A stretch of 64,000 nucleotides of DNA. It comes from an uncultured Actinomycetota bacterium (GTDB lineage Bacteria; Actinomycetota; Actinomycetes; JAFAQI01). Shown one piece after another: positions 44,923 through 54,470 of the stretch. The notes beneath the pieces were generated by a model, which did no database searches, was not told the DNA's origin, and saw only the letters and a list, made by a program, of their open reading frames with translations. The stretch covers positions 1,472,001 through 1,536,000 of the forward strand of contig CAVYQE010000001.1 of NCBI GenBank assembly GCA_963770565.1, written 5' to 3'. Both the position numbers and the translations under genes were made by a program. Every line of letters begins with the position of its first letter. The stretch's first letter is position 1.

Positions 44923-45522
44923 ATGACTGTTGACGTGGACACCGTTCAGTGGCGGGGGGTCAATCACCTCGCGCTCATCACCGGCGACATGGATGCGACC
45001 GTGCGGTTCTGGCACGGCGTCCTGGACGCGCGGCTGGTGACCACCATCGGCACGCCGAGCTTCAAGCACTACTTCTTCGAGGTCGCGCCCGGCAACACGG
45101 TGGCGTTCTTCGAGTACGCCGACCAGCACCTCGACACCTTCAGCAAGCCAGCCGGCGTGCCGTTCGCGAAGGCGTCGCAGTTCGACCATCTGGCGCTGCA
45201 TCTGGTGGACGAGGAAGCCCTGCTTCGCTTGCGCGACCGGCTCAAGAGCCACGGGTGCGAGGTCACCGATGTCGTGGATCACGACTTCCTGCGTTCGATC
45301 TACTTCAGCGACCCGAACGGCATCGCGCTCGAAGCGTCGTGGTGGGTCGTGGACCCGACCGGGCGCCCGATCGACCACTCCGACGAGCGGTTGTTCGGCG
45401 ACCTCGACCCGGTGCCGGCGGTCCGGGAGCTGCGCGAGACCGGTCGCCTCGACCACACCGTCGCGACCAAGCTCGCCGACGGCATCGTCGAGGACATCTT
45501 CCCGGTCAAACCCACCTCGTAA
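44923..45522 (+). CDS. VOC family protein
   Basis: GVNHLAL...DM.AT.RF, FDHLAL, SIYF.DPNG..LE. Confidence 0.85.
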   Translation: MTVDVDTVQWRGVNHLALITGDMDATVRFWHGVLDARLVTTIGTPSFKHYFFEVAPGNTVAFFEYADQHLDTFSKPAGVPFAKASQFDHLALHLVDEEALLRLRDRLKSHGCEVTDVVDHDFLRSIYFSDPNGIALEASWWVVDPTGRPIDHSDERLFGDLDPVPAVRELRETGRLDHTVATKLADGIVEDIFPVKPTS

Positions 45523-45546
45523 CGATCGGGCGGTAGCGAGTCGCAC

Positions 45547-47055
45547 GTGCACCAGACCATCCCTGGCGTGCTCGTCGCTGCCGCCGAGCGCGATCCGACC
45601 GGCATCTGGCTGCGGACCGACGACGGGCAGCTGAGCTTCTCGGGGGCCGCCGCACTGGTTGCGCGCGCGGTCGAGCGGCTGCGCGAGGCCGGGGTGGAGC
45701 GCGGAGACCGGGTCGTGCTGACCGCGCGCTCGACCCCGCCGTACCTGTTGTGCTGGCTCGCGATCTGCAGTCTCGGCGCGATCGCGGTGCCGACGAATCC
45801 GGCGGCGACCGAGGTCGAGCTGGCCGGGCTGATCGGACAGGTCCGGCCGCGGCTGGTGGTCAGCGATCCGGATCTGGCCGGTGGAGGGTTCGACTGGCTC
45901 GACGTGGCTGAGGTCGTGGGTGACTGGCTCGCAGCGCCATCGTCGGCGCCGGGCGAGCTACCTGCTGATATCGAACCCGGCGACATCGCGGTCCTGATCC
46001 CGACGTCCGGCACCACCGGCCGGTCCAAGCTGGTGATGCAGACCCATCTCGCCTACGTGCTGTCCGGCGAGGGCTTCCCGTGGTGGATGGAGCTCGGACC
46101 CGACGACCGGCTGATGACCTCGCTGCCGCTGTTCCACATCAATGCGCCCGCGTATTCGGTGTTGGGGTCGCTGTCGTGCGGCGCCGGCCTGGTGATGCTG
46201 CCGCGCTTCTCGGCGCACGGCTTCCTCGATGCCGCTCGCCGGCACGGGGCCACTGAGTTCAACGCGATCGGCGCGATGCTCGAGATCCTGATGCGGCAGC
46301 CCGAGCGGACCGACGACGCCGACACCGACTTGCGGCTGTGTTACACCGGGCCGTCGCCGACCCGCGAGTGGCAAGAGGCGTTCGAGCGGCGCTTCGGGCT
46401 GCGGGTGGTGTGCGGTTACGCGATGTCGGAGTCGCCGTACGGGCTGATCTGGGCGCACGGCACCAGGCCGTTCGGGACGCTCGGCAGCGTGCGGCAACAC
46501 CCGACCCTCGGTGAGATCAATCGGGCTCGCGTGGTCGACGACGCCGGCATGGATCTCGGGGCGGGCGCAACCGGCGAGCTGTTGCTGAGCAATCCGGTCG
46601 TCACGCCCGGCTACTGGGAGATGCCGGAGGAGACCGCGGCCGCCATCGTCGACGGCTGGCTCCACACCGGCGACCTGGTCACCGTGGAAGCCGATGGCAC
46701 CTACACCTTCGTCGCCCGCAAGAAGGAGGTCTTGCGCCGCCGCGGTGAGAACCTCTCGCCGGCCGAGGTCGAGGACGCCATCCTCAGCCATCCCGACGTG
46801 GTGGAGTGTGCCGTCGTCGGCGTTCCCTCGGAGCTCTCCGAAGAAGACGTGAAGGCGTTCGTCGTGGCGGCGCCCGGGCGCACGCTCGACTTTCCTGCGC
46901 TGCGGGCGTGGGCGGCCGAGCGCCTCACCGCGTTCAAGGTCCCGCGTTACTGGCAGCAGATCGACGCCCTGCCGCGCACCCCGACCTCGCGGGTGGCCAA
47001 GCACCGATTGCCCGGCGGCCACCCACCCGAGGAGTACGACTCCGAATCGCCCTGA
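45547..47055 (+). CDS. AMP-binding acyl-CoA ligase (CaiC-like)
   Basis: TSGTTGRSK, LPLFHINA, YAMSE, GWLHTGD, RRRGEN.S..EVE, FKVPRY. Confidence 0.9.
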   Translation: MHQTIPGVLVAAAERDPTGIWLRTDDGQLSFSGAAALVARAVERLREAGVERGDRVVLTARSTPPYLLCWLAICSLGAIAVPTNPAATEVELAGLIGQVRPRLVVSDPDLAGGGFDWLDVAEVVGDWLAAPSSAPGELPADIEPGDIAVLIPTSGTTGRSKLVMQTHLAYVLSGEGFPWWMELGPDDRLMTSLPLFHINAPAYSVLGSLSCGAGLVMLPRFSAHGFLDAARRHGATEFNAIGAMLEILMRQPERTDDADTDLRLCYTGPSPTREWQEAFERRFGLRVVCGYAMSESPYGLIWAHGTRPFGTLGSVRQHPTLGEINRARVVDDAGMDLGAGATGELLLSNPVVTPGYWEMPEETAAAIVDGWLHTGDLVTVEADGTYTFVARKKEVLRRRGENLSPAEVEDAILSHPDVVECAVVGVPSELSEEDVKAFVVAAPGRTLDFPALRAWAAERLTAFKVPRYWQQIDALPRTPTSRVAKHRLPGGHPPEEYDSESP

Positions 47056-47092
47056 GGGAACCGATCGGGTGGTCTGGATGCTCTGATGAGGT

Positions 47093-47587
47093 GTGAGCCA
47101 CGACGAGGACTTCGCTGCCTTCGTCGCCGCGTCGTGGCCTGCGCTCGTTCGGACCGGTCGTTTGCTCGCTCCCGATGCTGCGAGCGTCGAGGACCTGGTC
47201 CAGTCGGCGTTGCTCAAGACGTACGCCCGATGGCGATGGATCCAGGATCCCGGGGCCTACACACGCACGGTCCTGGCGCGGCTCGCTACCCGCGGCGCCC
47301 GCCGTCGCTGGCGTGGCGAGGTGCCGACCGCCGAGCTACCGGAGACGACAGGTCCGGACGAAGCCGCTGACATCGACTCAGCCGATGCGATCCGGCGTTC
47401 GCTGGCGCGGCTGCCCGCTGCCCAGCGGGCGGTCATCGTCCTGCGGTTCTACTGCGATTTCACCGAGGCGGAGATCGCTGACGCTTTGGCGTGCTCACCC
47501 GGCACGGTGAAGTCGCGTTCCCACCGCGCGTTGGTGGCGCTCCGCGCAAGTGTCGAGCTTGACGACGTGGAGGTTGCGGATGAGTAG
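47093..47587 (+). CDS. ECF RNA polymerase sigma factor (SigE-like family)
   Basis: F..FV...WPAL.R, EDLVQ.AL, QRAVIVLRFY.D.TEAEIA..L.CSPGTVKS. Confidence 0.88.
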   Translation: MSHDEDFAAFVAASWPALVRTGRLLAPDAASVEDLVQSALLKTYARWRWIQDPGAYTRTVLARLATRGARRRWRGEVPTAELPETTGPDEAADIDSADAIRRSLARLPAAQRAVIVLRFYCDFTEAEIADALACSPGTVKSRSHRALVALRASVELDDVEVADE

Positions 47588-48887
47588 CACTCGGGACGTG
47601 CGGGATCTGCTCGACCGCGCCGCCGAGGGACCGGTGGGTCCACCACCGATCGCGGAGCTCGTCGGTCGAGGTGCTCGGCGCCGGCGCACGTGGCAAGCGG
47701 CCAGCGTTGGGGTGACCGCGGCAGTCACGGCGGTGGTCATCGTGATCGTGGTCGGAATAGCCGGTCGGTCGACGCCGGTGCCTGGTCATCGTCCGACGCC
47801 CGGCCAGCACTCGATCGGCCCGGTGGGGCGGGGTCCCACCGCAAGCCAGATCGCGCACGGGACCTGGCAGAACCTGCCCGTACCACCGATCAAGTCCTGT
47901 GGCTTCCAATCGGTGACGTCCACCGGCAACCTGGTCATCCTGGTCGTCAGTCAGGGCTCGCCGAGCTGCCCGAACGCGGCGGCGGCCTACGACCCGCGCA
48001 CCAACGTGTGGACCAAGCTTTCGCCGCCGCCGGCTTCGTTGCGCGGCGACCTGACGTCCAGCCAGGACATATTCGTGTCCCGGACGACCCGCGCTGCTGC
48101 GGTCTTGAACCCGCGCAGTGGAACTTGGCGGTCGCTGCCCGCCGTACCTGCGTCTGGCTCGCTTGCCACGCTCGTCGTCGGAACCAGCCAGCCGATCCTG
48201 ATCGGGACTGGACCTCGACACGACCAGGTGTTTGCGTTCGACGGCACCACATGGGCCTCGCGCCCAGCACTGCCGCATCCCGGCACAGACATCGTCGCGC
48301 TCAGCGCTTATTCGGAGGGCGAGACGCAGTGGGCGCTGGCGAGCGAGGAGCACGCCACCCCAGACGGTTTCGCGGGCGGACTGACGGTGTTGCGGTTCAG
48401 TGCGCAGGGCTGGACGAAGCGGCCCGATCTCCCCGATCAGCCGCTCGTGGTGCAGAGCGTCGAGTTGATGCGCACCGGGCAGTTACTCCTCGGCAACAAC
48501 TGCCTTCCGAACGCTTCCTGCCCGCAGGGCACTCCCCTCCTCGGCCTCGCCGATCTCGACCGTGGCGAACTCCAACCGATCAAAGAGTCGCCGCTGATGC
48601 TGGCGCTCACGGATGGCGTCAGCACCGGTCAGGCCGTCATCGGGCTCGACCTCGATGCTCAAGACTCGAGAAGTGGGCCGAACGGGTTTGCCATCCGTCC
48701 GATCGCGTCGGCGGTCTACGACATCGCGACCGGGCGCTGGCTTCGGGGCCCGCATGCGGTCCAGATCAACAACATAAGCGGTATGGCCTGGACGCCCCGA
48801 GGCCTGGTCGTGCTCGGCGACCCTCTCGAGAAGTGCGTCTGCAGCCTCGGTGGTCTCGTTCTCCGCCCCGCTCCGGCGCCGCGGTAA
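47580..48887 (+). CDS. Single-pass membrane protein coupled to ECF sigma (putative anti-sigma, kelch-like extracytoplasmic domain)
   Basis: RGARRRR + TM helix, repeated AAYDPRTNVW / VLNPRSGTW / AVYDIATGRW units; overlaps sigma stop. Confidence 0.65.
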   Translation: MSSTRDVRDLLDRAAEGPVGPPPIAELVGRGARRRRTWQAASVGVTAAVTAVVIVIVVGIAGRSTPVPGHRPTPGQHSIGPVGRGPTASQIAHGTWQNLPVPPIKSCGFQSVTSTGNLVILVVSQGSPSCPNAAAAYDPRTNVWTKLSPPPASLRGDLTSSQDIFVSRTTRAAAVLNPRSGTWRSLPAVPASGSLATLVVGTSQPILIGTGPRHDQVFAFDGTTWASRPALPHPGTDIVALSAYSEGETQWALASEEHATPDGFAGGLTVLRFSAQGWTKRPDLPDQPLVVQSVELMRTGQLLLGNNCLPNASCPQGTPLLGLADLDRGELQPIKESPLMLALTDGVSTGQAVIGLDLDAQDSRSGPNGFAIRPIASAVYDIATGRWLRGPHAVQINNISGMAWTPRGLVVLGDPLEKCVCSLGGLVLRPAPAPR

Positions 48888-48924
48888 CAAACCATCGGGA
48901 GATCTGCATCGATGAGTCGCGGGA

Positions 48925-48970
48925 CCATGATCATGGCCGTTTGGATGCGCTAGAGCGCAGCCAAACGGCC
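48925..48970. terminator. Palindromic REP-like hairpin / probable bidirectional terminator
   Basis: CCATGATCATGG palindrome overlapping hairpin GGCCGTTTGG-a-TGCGC-TAGA-GCGCA-g-CCAAACGGCC, between convergent genes. Confidence 0.6.
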
Positions 48971-49001
48971 GTCGCAGATTCTTAGATTCGGCGTCCCTCT
49001 T

Positions 49002-49892
49002 TCAGCGAGTGATCGACTGGTCCAGGTCGGCCGGGCCGAGCAGAATGAGCAGCGCAGCCAACAGGGTCACGACCACGACGACGGTGAGGTTCACGCTGCA
49101 GAGATAGGCGTCGTTGAGCACCGACTGAGTCGGGTTGAGCGAGTCGGCGTGGTCGGCCAGGAACCGCAGCACCCGGGCGGCGTTCAACGCACTGAGCGTT
49201 CCGGCCACGACCCACACGACCCCGAGCACCGCAAACGCGGGCAGGTGGCCGTAGCGCCGCGACGTGCCGATCGGGCGCCACGCGGCAACGGCCGCGGTAA
49301 CGAGCGCGATCACCGCAAACGTCAGCAGCGCGGCGCCGATCGCATCACTCGGGCGATGCCAGCCGGCGGTCTGGACCGCGGCTGCCGTGATCCATGCGTA
49401 CGAGCCGGCGAGCACGGCTGAGATCCCGCGCCAGGCCGGCGGCGACACGACCACAAGTGCGAGGGCGCAGGCCAGCGCAGTCGCGGTGTGCCCGCTGGGA
49501 AAGGTGTTGCCGCTGTACAACGTGTCGCTGCGGACCAGGAACGGTCGATGAAGTACCCCGGTCCGCAGCACATGGGCGAGCACGGCCGCGATCCCGGCTG
49601 CGATCGCCAGCCCGATTCCCAGCCGAGGCCTTCGTCGTACCAACCCGAGGACGACGATCAACAGCAACGCGGCGACGAAGGAGTCCACCGTGATGCGGCG
49701 CAGCAGCGAAATGTCGCCGAGCCGGGTCCCGCTGCCCTGGCTGCGCGAACCGAGCAGGGCGGCGTTGTCGAAGCGCTGCCCCAACGCGGTATGGACCGCG
49801 AGCAGGTAGATCACGACCGTCAGCGCTCCGGCCACAACAGCGGCGACGACCAGCCGCCTCGGCAGCCGGGCCGTCGCGCTGGTCGGGTTCAC
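49002..49892 (-). CDS. PAP2 family membrane phosphatase-like protein
   Basis: GQRFDN, NTFPSGH, GWHRPSD, multiple TM helices. GTG 49892 chosen. Confidence 0.8.
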   Translation of the reverse strand: MNPTSATARLPRRLVVAAVVAGALTVVIYLLAVHTALGQRFDNAALLGSRSQGSGTRLGDISLLRRITVDSFVAALLLIVVLGLVRRRPRLGIGLAIAAGIAAVLAHVLRTGVLHRPFLVRSDTLYSGNTFPSGHTATALACALALVVVSPPAWRGISAVLAGSYAWITAAAVQTAGWHRPSDAIGAALLTFAVIALVTAAVAAWRPIGTSRRYGHLPAFAVLGVVWVVAGTLSALNAARVLRFLADHADSLNPTQSVLNDAYLCSVNLTVVVVVTLLAALLILLGPADLDQSITR

Positions 49893-49917
49893 CCGTCCAT
49901 CAAACCCTGCGGACCGC

Positions 49918-50097
49918 AAAACCCGGGGCAATGTCACATCACCCCCACAAACCCCAGGGCAGTGTCACATCACCCCCACAAACCCCAGGGCAGTGTCACA
50001 TCACCCCCACAATCCCCAGGGCAGTGTCACATCACCCCCACAAACCCCAGGGCAGTGTCACATCACCCCCACTATCCCCAGGGCAATGTGACATTGC
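49918..50097. repeat. 31-bp tandem array (5 full units plus partial) with inverted ends
   Basis: Unit AAACCCCAGGGCAGTGTCACATCACCCCCAC at 49918, 49949, 49980, 50011, 50042; ends in GCAATGTGACATTGC; no spacers. Confidence 0.95.
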
Positions 50098-50098
50098 T

Positions 50099-50527
50099 TC
50101 AGGAGCGGCGAAGTGCGAGGACCGGGATCGTCCTCACCCCGGCGGTCTGCTCGGCGTACCCGGCAAAGCCGGGGTAACGGCGGGCCTGCTCGTCGAACAC
50201 CCGGTCTCGATCGGCCCCGGTGACCTCGCTGACACTCACCTGGTAGGTCTCGGGGCCGACCTCGACGGTGGCCGTTCCAGCGGTGATGAGGTTGTAGTAC
50301 CAGTCCGGATTGGTGGGCGCGCCGGCTTTGGAGGCGAAGACGTAGATGACGTCGTGGTCGTCGTCGTCCGCGAGGTACATCGTCGGGGCGATGTGCGGTT
50401 CACCGCTGCGGCGGCCGACGTGGTGCAGGAGCACGATCGGCGCACCGGCGAACGGGCCGCCGATCCGGCCCTCGTTGGCGCGGAACTCTGCGATGACGTC
50501 CCGGTTCCACTCACTGGCCTCGGCCAT
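50099..50527 (-). CDS. Nitroreductase family deazaflavin (F420)-dependent oxidoreductase (Ddn-like)
   Basis: N..VIAEFRANEG.IGG.F, LL.H.GRRSG, ASKAGAP.NPDWYYNL, RTIPV. Confidence 0.9.
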   Translation of the reverse strand: MAEASEWNRDVIAEFRANEGRIGGPFAGAPIVLLHHVGRRSGEPHIAPTMYLADDDDHDVIYVFASKAGAPTNPDWYYNLITAGTATVEVGPETYQVSVSEVTGADRDRVFDEQARRYPGFAGYAEQTAGVRTIPVLALRRS

Positions 50528-51584
50528 GTTGCGCTCCCTTTCCGTTGGTGATCTGCAGGAAATCGAGGACCTGAGCCGCCTCGACGCCCAACGCCGCTGA
50601 CGTGGCCCGGCTCAGCTCCTCGAGTGGCTCGAGCGCGACCTGGCCGTTCGACAGGCTCCAGGTCGCCACGGCCCGCCCACGCACCATCGCAAAGGGCCGG
50701 AACAGCCCGTTCGATGTGACGATGCCCTGATGTCGGCCGACGATCGGCTCGCGGGAGGACCAGCCGCACAGGGCCGGGTCGAAGGCGCCGAGCAGTCGCG
50801 GCGGCGGCACCTCGGCCCGGCCGGATCGGTCCACGACCGCGGCGAGGCCGTCGTCGCGGTCGACCAGCTGCGAGGCGATCGAACCCAGTCCGCGTCGCGC
50901 GTCGGTCAGCGTGATGCCGGCCCACTTCGCCAGGTCGCGATCGTCCGCGGGTCCGTGGCCGGCCAGGTAGCGGCGGGCCAGCTCGCCGAGGGCGGCCTCG
51001 CGCGACAGTGGCGCGGGTGGCGGGCCCAGCCAGTCGCGCACGAGGACATAGGCGTGGCCGGTGCCGACCATCGGCCCGCGAACGACCAGCCCGCGCAGGC
51101 CGGCGAGCAGCAGGATGTGCACCAGCGCCTGGTCCTCGACCCGGATGCCGGCCGCGGCGACCCGCTCGCGCAGCTGGTCGCGGGTCAGCGGTCCGTCGGC
51201 CGCGAGCGACCGGTCGATGATCGCGACCGCACGGTCGGCGTCGTCCGGCGAGACCTGCTGATCGGCCAGCCGCCGGGCGCACGCGGTCATCAGCTGAGGT
51301 GTTGTGAGCGGATGCAGCCACCAGTAGTCGTCGCTTCGGATCAGGTGCAGCGTGCCGCGATTGACGGTGGTGATGACCACGGACCGGTCATCCGTCAGCG
51401 CACGGTCGACGTCGGCTACGGACAGGCCGGCGCTGCGGGCGCGGATCGCCAGCCGCGCGCCGCGCGGGTCCTGCGCCTGCACCGCGAGCAGCCGTCGTAC
51501 GACGTCGACCACCTCGCCGGCCTGCGGGCCGCTCAGCAGCTGCGCGGCGAGGCGCTCGGCGAGTACTGACCGTGAGCGGCTCAT
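50511..51584 (-). CDS. HTH_42 / AlkZ-like DNA glycosylase family protein
   Basis: AVQAQD (QxQ motif), RGTLHL, RRYL.GHGPA...DLAKWAG, LLGAFD. Confidence 0.8.
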   Translation of the reverse strand: MSRSRSVLAERLAAQLLSGPQAGEVVDVVRRLLAVQAQDPRGARLAIRARSAGLSVADVDRALTDDRSVVITTVNRGTLHLIRSDDYWWLHPLTTPQLMTACARRLADQQVSPDDADRAVAIIDRSLAADGPLTRDQLRERVAAAGIRVEDQALVHILLLAGLRGLVVRGPMVGTGHAYVLVRDWLGPPPAPLSREAALGELARRYLAGHGPADDRDLAKWAGITLTDARRGLGSIASQLVDRDDGLAAVVDRSGRAEVPPPRLLGAFDPALCGWSSREPIVGRHQGIVTSNGLFRPFAMVRGRAVATWSLSNGQVALEPLEELSRATSAALGVEAAQVLDFLQITNGKGAQHGRGQ

Positions 51585-51594
51585 CGGCGCCGGC

Positions 51595-52035
51595 TCACTC
51601 GGCGATGGGTTCCAGGACGAACACCGGGATCACTCGCTCGGTCCGGGTCTGGTAGTCCGCATAGTCCGGGTACGCCGCGACCGCGCGCTCCCACCACTCG
51701 GCCCGCTCGTCTCCGGACAGCTCGCGCGCGACCATGTCCTGCTTCACCGGTCCGTCCTGGACCTCGACGTGAGGGTCGGCGACCAGGTTGTAGTACCAGA
51801 CCGGGTTCTTCGGCGCTCCGCCCATCGAGGCGACCGCGGCGTATCGCCCGTCGTGTTCGACCCGCATCACCGGGTTCTTGCGAATCTTCCCGGTCCGTGC
51901 GCCGCGGCTGGTCACGATGATCACCGACATGCCCCGCAGGCTCACGCCCTCGGTGCCGCCGGAGCTCTCGATCTGCTCGACCTGGTTGCGCACCCATTCG
52001 GCGGGGCTCGGCTCGTAGTCGCCCTCGATCGGCAT
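51595..52035 (-). CDS. Nitroreductase family deazaflavin (F420)-dependent oxidoreductase
   Basis: [49 protein letters not shown]. Confidence 0.9.
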   Translation of the reverse strand: MPIEGDYEPSPAEWVRNQVEQIESSGGTEGVSLRGMSVIIVTSRGARTGKIRKNPVMRVEHDGRYAAVASMGGAPKNPVWYYNLVADPHVEVQDGPVKQDMVARELSGDERAEWWERAVAAYPDYADYQTRTERVIPVFVLEPIAE

Positions 52036-52037
52036 GG

Positions 52038-53054
52038 TCAGATCCTGATCGGGCGCTGGGCGGGGGACGATCCCGCGGTGAGCGACGGGTCGGTGATGGG
52101 GATCGCACCCAATGCGTCGTCGATCGCCTTTAGCACTGCCGGCTCCAGCGTGACGCCGGAGGCGGCGACGTTGTCGACGACCTGCTCGGGTCGGGACGCA
52201 CCCACGATCGCGGACGACACGTTCGGGTTCTGAAGCACCCAGGCGACCGCGAGCTGGGCCATCGTCAGACCGGCCTCGGCGGCAATCGGCTCGAGCCGGC
52301 CGACCGCGGTCAGCACGTCGTCGCGAAGCCAGTGCTTGATGAAACTTGCGCCGCCCATCTCGTCGGTGGCGCGCGAGCCGGCCGGCGGCGGCGTACCCGG
52401 CTTGTACTTGCCGGTCAGGACGCCCTGTGCGATCGGTGACCACACGACCTGGCCGATCCCGAGCTCCTCGCAGGTCGGCACCACCTCGGCCTCGATCACC
52501 CGATAGAGCATCGAGTACTGCGGCTGGTTGGAAGCAAACGGAATCTTCAGGTCTGCGGCAAGCGGGTAGGCGGCGCGGATCTGATCAGCGGTCCACTCCG
52601 AGACCCCGATGTAGTTGACCTTGCCGGAGTGGACGACGTCGGCAAACGCGGACATCGTCTCCTCCAGCGGCGTCTCATGGTCGAAGCGATGAGCTTGGTA
52701 GACGTCGACGTGGTCGGTTTGCAAGCGTTGCAGCGATCCCTCGATCGCCTCCCGGATGTGCTTGCGCGACAGGCCGGAATCGTTGGGGCCACCGGGGCCG
52801 GTCGGCCAGAAGATCTTCGTGAAGATCTCGAGTGACTCGCGTCGCTCGCCCTTCAGGGCCTTTCCGAGCACGGTCTCGGCCTTGGTGTTGGCGTAGACGT
52901 CAGCGGTGTCGAAAGTGGTGATCCCGACATCGAGCGCCTGGCGCACGCACGCCAAAGCCGCGTCTTCCTCGACTTGCGAGCCGTGCGTGATCCAGTTCCC
53001 GTAGGAGATTTCTGAGACCTTCAGGCCAGAGGCCCCGAGACGTCGAAAGCGCAT
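52038..53054 (-). CDS. Aldo/keto reductase
   Basis: [49 protein letters not shown]. Confidence 0.92.
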   Translation of the reverse strand: MRFRRLGASGLKVSEISYGNWITHGSQVEEDAALACVRQALDVGITTFDTADVYANTKAETVLGKALKGERRESLEIFTKIFWPTGPGGPNDSGLSRKHIREAIEGSLQRLQTDHVDVYQAHRFDHETPLEETMSAFADVVHSGKVNYIGVSEWTADQIRAAYPLAADLKIPFASNQPQYSMLYRVIEAEVVPTCEELGIGQVVWSPIAQGVLTGKYKPGTPPPAGSRATDEMGGASFIKHWLRDDVLTAVGRLEPIAAEAGLTMAQLAVAWVLQNPNVSSAIVGASRPEQVVDNVAASGVTLEPAVLKAIDDALGAIPITDPSLTAGSSPAQRPIRI

Positions 53055-53126
53055 ATATCGAGCCTATGCCCCACGAAGCACCGTGCCGCCGAGCGGGTTC
53101 CTGGCTCGGCTCGCGCCTGCATGTAT

Positions 53127-53963
53127 CTATGCACCTGGACCTTGGTCGACGCGTTCGTGAGCGGCGGTGAGGTCGCCGCGCCACCAGCCGAGGGCTTCAA
53201 CCCACCACGTCGCGCCTGCGTCCGCGTAGGCACGAAGGTCCACGCTGGGCCCCGAATCGTTCGTGCGTCCTTCGACGGCCACGTCGAAGGGACCACGAGC
53301 GTCGGTTCGCTCTGCCTCGACGAAGGACACGACGTTCGCGAGCTCTTCCGGGGGCATCGTCAGGCCGAGACCGTAGTCACGATGCGTGGGGATGACTCCG
53401 TCGTATCGCGCCGCTCTCCGGAACGGAGCCCGATTAGGCCACCGTCCGGCACACCAGATCGGCGGCCGAGGCTGTTGCAACGGCGTGGGCAGCATTGTGA
53501 CGTCGTTGACCGCGTAGTGCTCGCCCACATGCTCAACGGGTTGTCCAGACCACAGGTCGGTCACGATGTCCAGCGACTCATCAAGCCGCCGCCCTCGGGC
53601 GGCGGCGTCAGCGACCTCTCCAAAGCCCTCGTACTCACGCGGGAGGGAGCCAAGGCCGACGCCGACGGTGAGGCGACCTTCGGAGAGCCGGTCCAGAGTG
53701 GCAAGTTGCTTGGCGACCAGCCACGGCCTGCGACGTGGCAGGGCGAGGACCATGATCCCGAGCCGCAGGGTGCTCGTGTGGGACGCCATCGCCGACATCG
53801 TGACCAGCGGGTCCGCCACCGGCCACGTTGCGTCTCGATAGAGCAGGTGGTCCCAGAGGAACACTGCGTCCCAGCCGCCGTGCTCGGCCCGGACCGCCAA
53901 ATCGACGAGCACATGGGGATCACCGAAGATGCCCACGTTGGGCAGACCCACGGCGTGCCTCAC
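53127..53963 (-). CDS. LLM class flavin-dependent oxidoreductase
   Basis: AE..GWD.VF.WDH, RRRPW.VAK..ATLD.LS.GR...GVGLG, P.QQPRPPIW. Confidence 0.88.
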   Translation of the reverse strand: MRHAVGLPNVGIFGDPHVLVDLAVRAEHGGWDAVFLWDHLLYRDATWPVADPLVTMSAMASHTSTLRLGIMVLALPRRRPWLVAKQLATLDRLSEGRLTVGVGLGSLPREYEGFGEVADAAARGRRLDESLDIVTDLWSGQPVEHVGEHYAVNDVTMLPTPLQQPRPPIWCAGRWPNRAPFRRAARYDGVIPTHRDYGLGLTMPPEELANVVSFVEAERTDARGPFDVAVEGRTNDSGPSVDLRAYADAGATWWVEALGWWRGDLTAAHERVDQGPGA

Positions 53964-54011
53964 GGTTCGTCACTCTGTCACGCGGCCCGACGTGACAAGC
54001 CGATGACGGGG

Positions 54012-54470
54012 TCAGGCGGTCCGTTGCGCGCTGAACGGCCGGCTCGCGTTGCACCCCTTCACCCGGCTCAGCCGGATCGTGATGTGGCCGGACACCGTGG
54101 TCGGGGAGGTGAAGTGTCCGGTGACCGTGACCTGCACGCCTTTCTGCGGATAGGCCCGCGACGAGCGAGAGAACCGGCCCGCCGTACTGATCGGCATCGG
54201 CCCGGTCGGCGCCTGGAACTGCGTGATGTGGTTGGTGCAGCCGGCCTTCACCTGCGCCTCGGCCATGAAGGCCCGGACCCGCCGGCGGTCCTTCGACACC
54301 ACGAAGGTGACCGGCAGCGGGCTCGGCTTAGCCGCCTCACTACCGCTGTAGTGGCCGGCGCGCGGTGCAACCTGGGGTGCCGCGAAGGCCGGTACGACGA
54401 GCCCGACGACCGCCGCGCCGGTCCCGAGCCCGATCAGTGCGCGGGCGGCGAGGGCGGTGCGGTCAGGCAT
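54012..54470 (-). CDS. Secreted hypothetical protein
   Basis: Signal-peptide-like N-terminus (..PAFAA), basic beta-rich body with two Cys; overlaps WS/DGAT stop. Confidence 0.55.
   Translation of the reverse strand: MPDRTALAARALIGLGTGAAVVGLVVPAFAAPQVAPRAGHYSGSEAAKPSPLPVTFVVSKDRRRVRAFMAEAQVKAGCTNHITQFQAPTGPMPISTAGRFSRSSRAYPQKGVQVTVTGHFTSPTTVSGHITIRLSRVKGCNASRPFSAQRTA

Noticed and set aside
49918-50097. CRISPR array
   Set aside because: Units are contiguous with no unique spacers, and there are no cas genes in the window.
49931-50551. 206-aa plus-strand ORF with SHHPHKPQGSVTSPP repeats
   Set aside because: It is a translation of the DNA repeat and antisense to a clear nitroreductase gene.
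53976-53997. TGTCACG-N8-CGTGACA inverted repeat as PafBC or CRP site
   Set aside because: Spacing and orientation fit neither consensus. It may be a hairpin or unknown operator but is not supportable.
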